Source of the DNA: Nitrospinales bacterium
GTDB taxonomy: Bacteria > Nitrospinota > Nitrospinia > Nitrospinales > JAJDAT01
Assembly (NCBI GenBank): GCA_046757665.1
Contig: JBHHYO010000037.1
Span: forward strand, 1-27,313
Length of the DNA: 27,313 nucleotides
Reading direction: 5' to 3'
Shown: one piece after another, positions 27,197 to 27,313 of the stretch
Position numbering within the stretch: the first letter of the stretch is position 1
How the letters are laid out: each line of letters begins with the position of its first letter
The notes under the pieces: generated by a model
Told to the model about the DNA's origin: nothing
What the model saw: only the letters and a program-made list of their open reading frames with translations
Database searches by the model: none
Position numbers and translations under genes: made by a program

Positions 27197-27313
27197 CAGT
27201 AGTGTCCGGGGAAAATTAAAAATTCCTTTGAAAACATGAGGCTTAATTGGGCTCTTTTTTTTACCGGACAGCATGAATCGAAAAAAGATAACTCCTTAAA
27301 AAACAATAGATTT
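27197..27313 (-). mobile_element. MITE-like element copy 2, inverted relative to copy 1 and truncated by the window end
   Basis: Reverse complement of 27195-27274 matches 19569-19648 at 72/80 positions without gaps; 27272-27306 matches the reverse complement of 19426-19460 at 28/35. Confidence 0.8.

Overview
GC-rich bacterial chromosomal window; the gene set and order suggest Nitrospinota, Nitrospirota or a delta-proteobacterial lineage, but this is inference only. From left to right: a PAS-PAS histidine kinase, fumC, an RpoH-like sigma factor, a YHS protein, a doubly frameshifted hicBA pair, two tandem paralogous secreted proteins and a DUF1566-like protein. A long minus-strand housekeeping run follows (pheA-tyrA-cmk-rpsA-sppA-ihfB, three envelope glycosyltransferases, aroC, a nitrilase-family hydrolase), then an MTH1187 protein and an intact hicBA pair. 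The right third is an accessory-looking nitrate-assimilation operon (nirA, NarK-type transporter, 4x[4Fe-4S]-DmsC membrane fusion, Tat-less Nas/NarB-type molybdoenzyme) preceded by an NtrC-like enhancer and a sigma-54-like promoter. The operon is bracketed by two inverted copies of a modular MITE-like element; the left copy (19364-19646) has a perfect 9-bp target-site duplication. The best candidate for an undescribed system is a membrane-anchored, probably quinol-fed assimilatory nitrate reductase. All alignments and counts were done by eye; no database searches were run.
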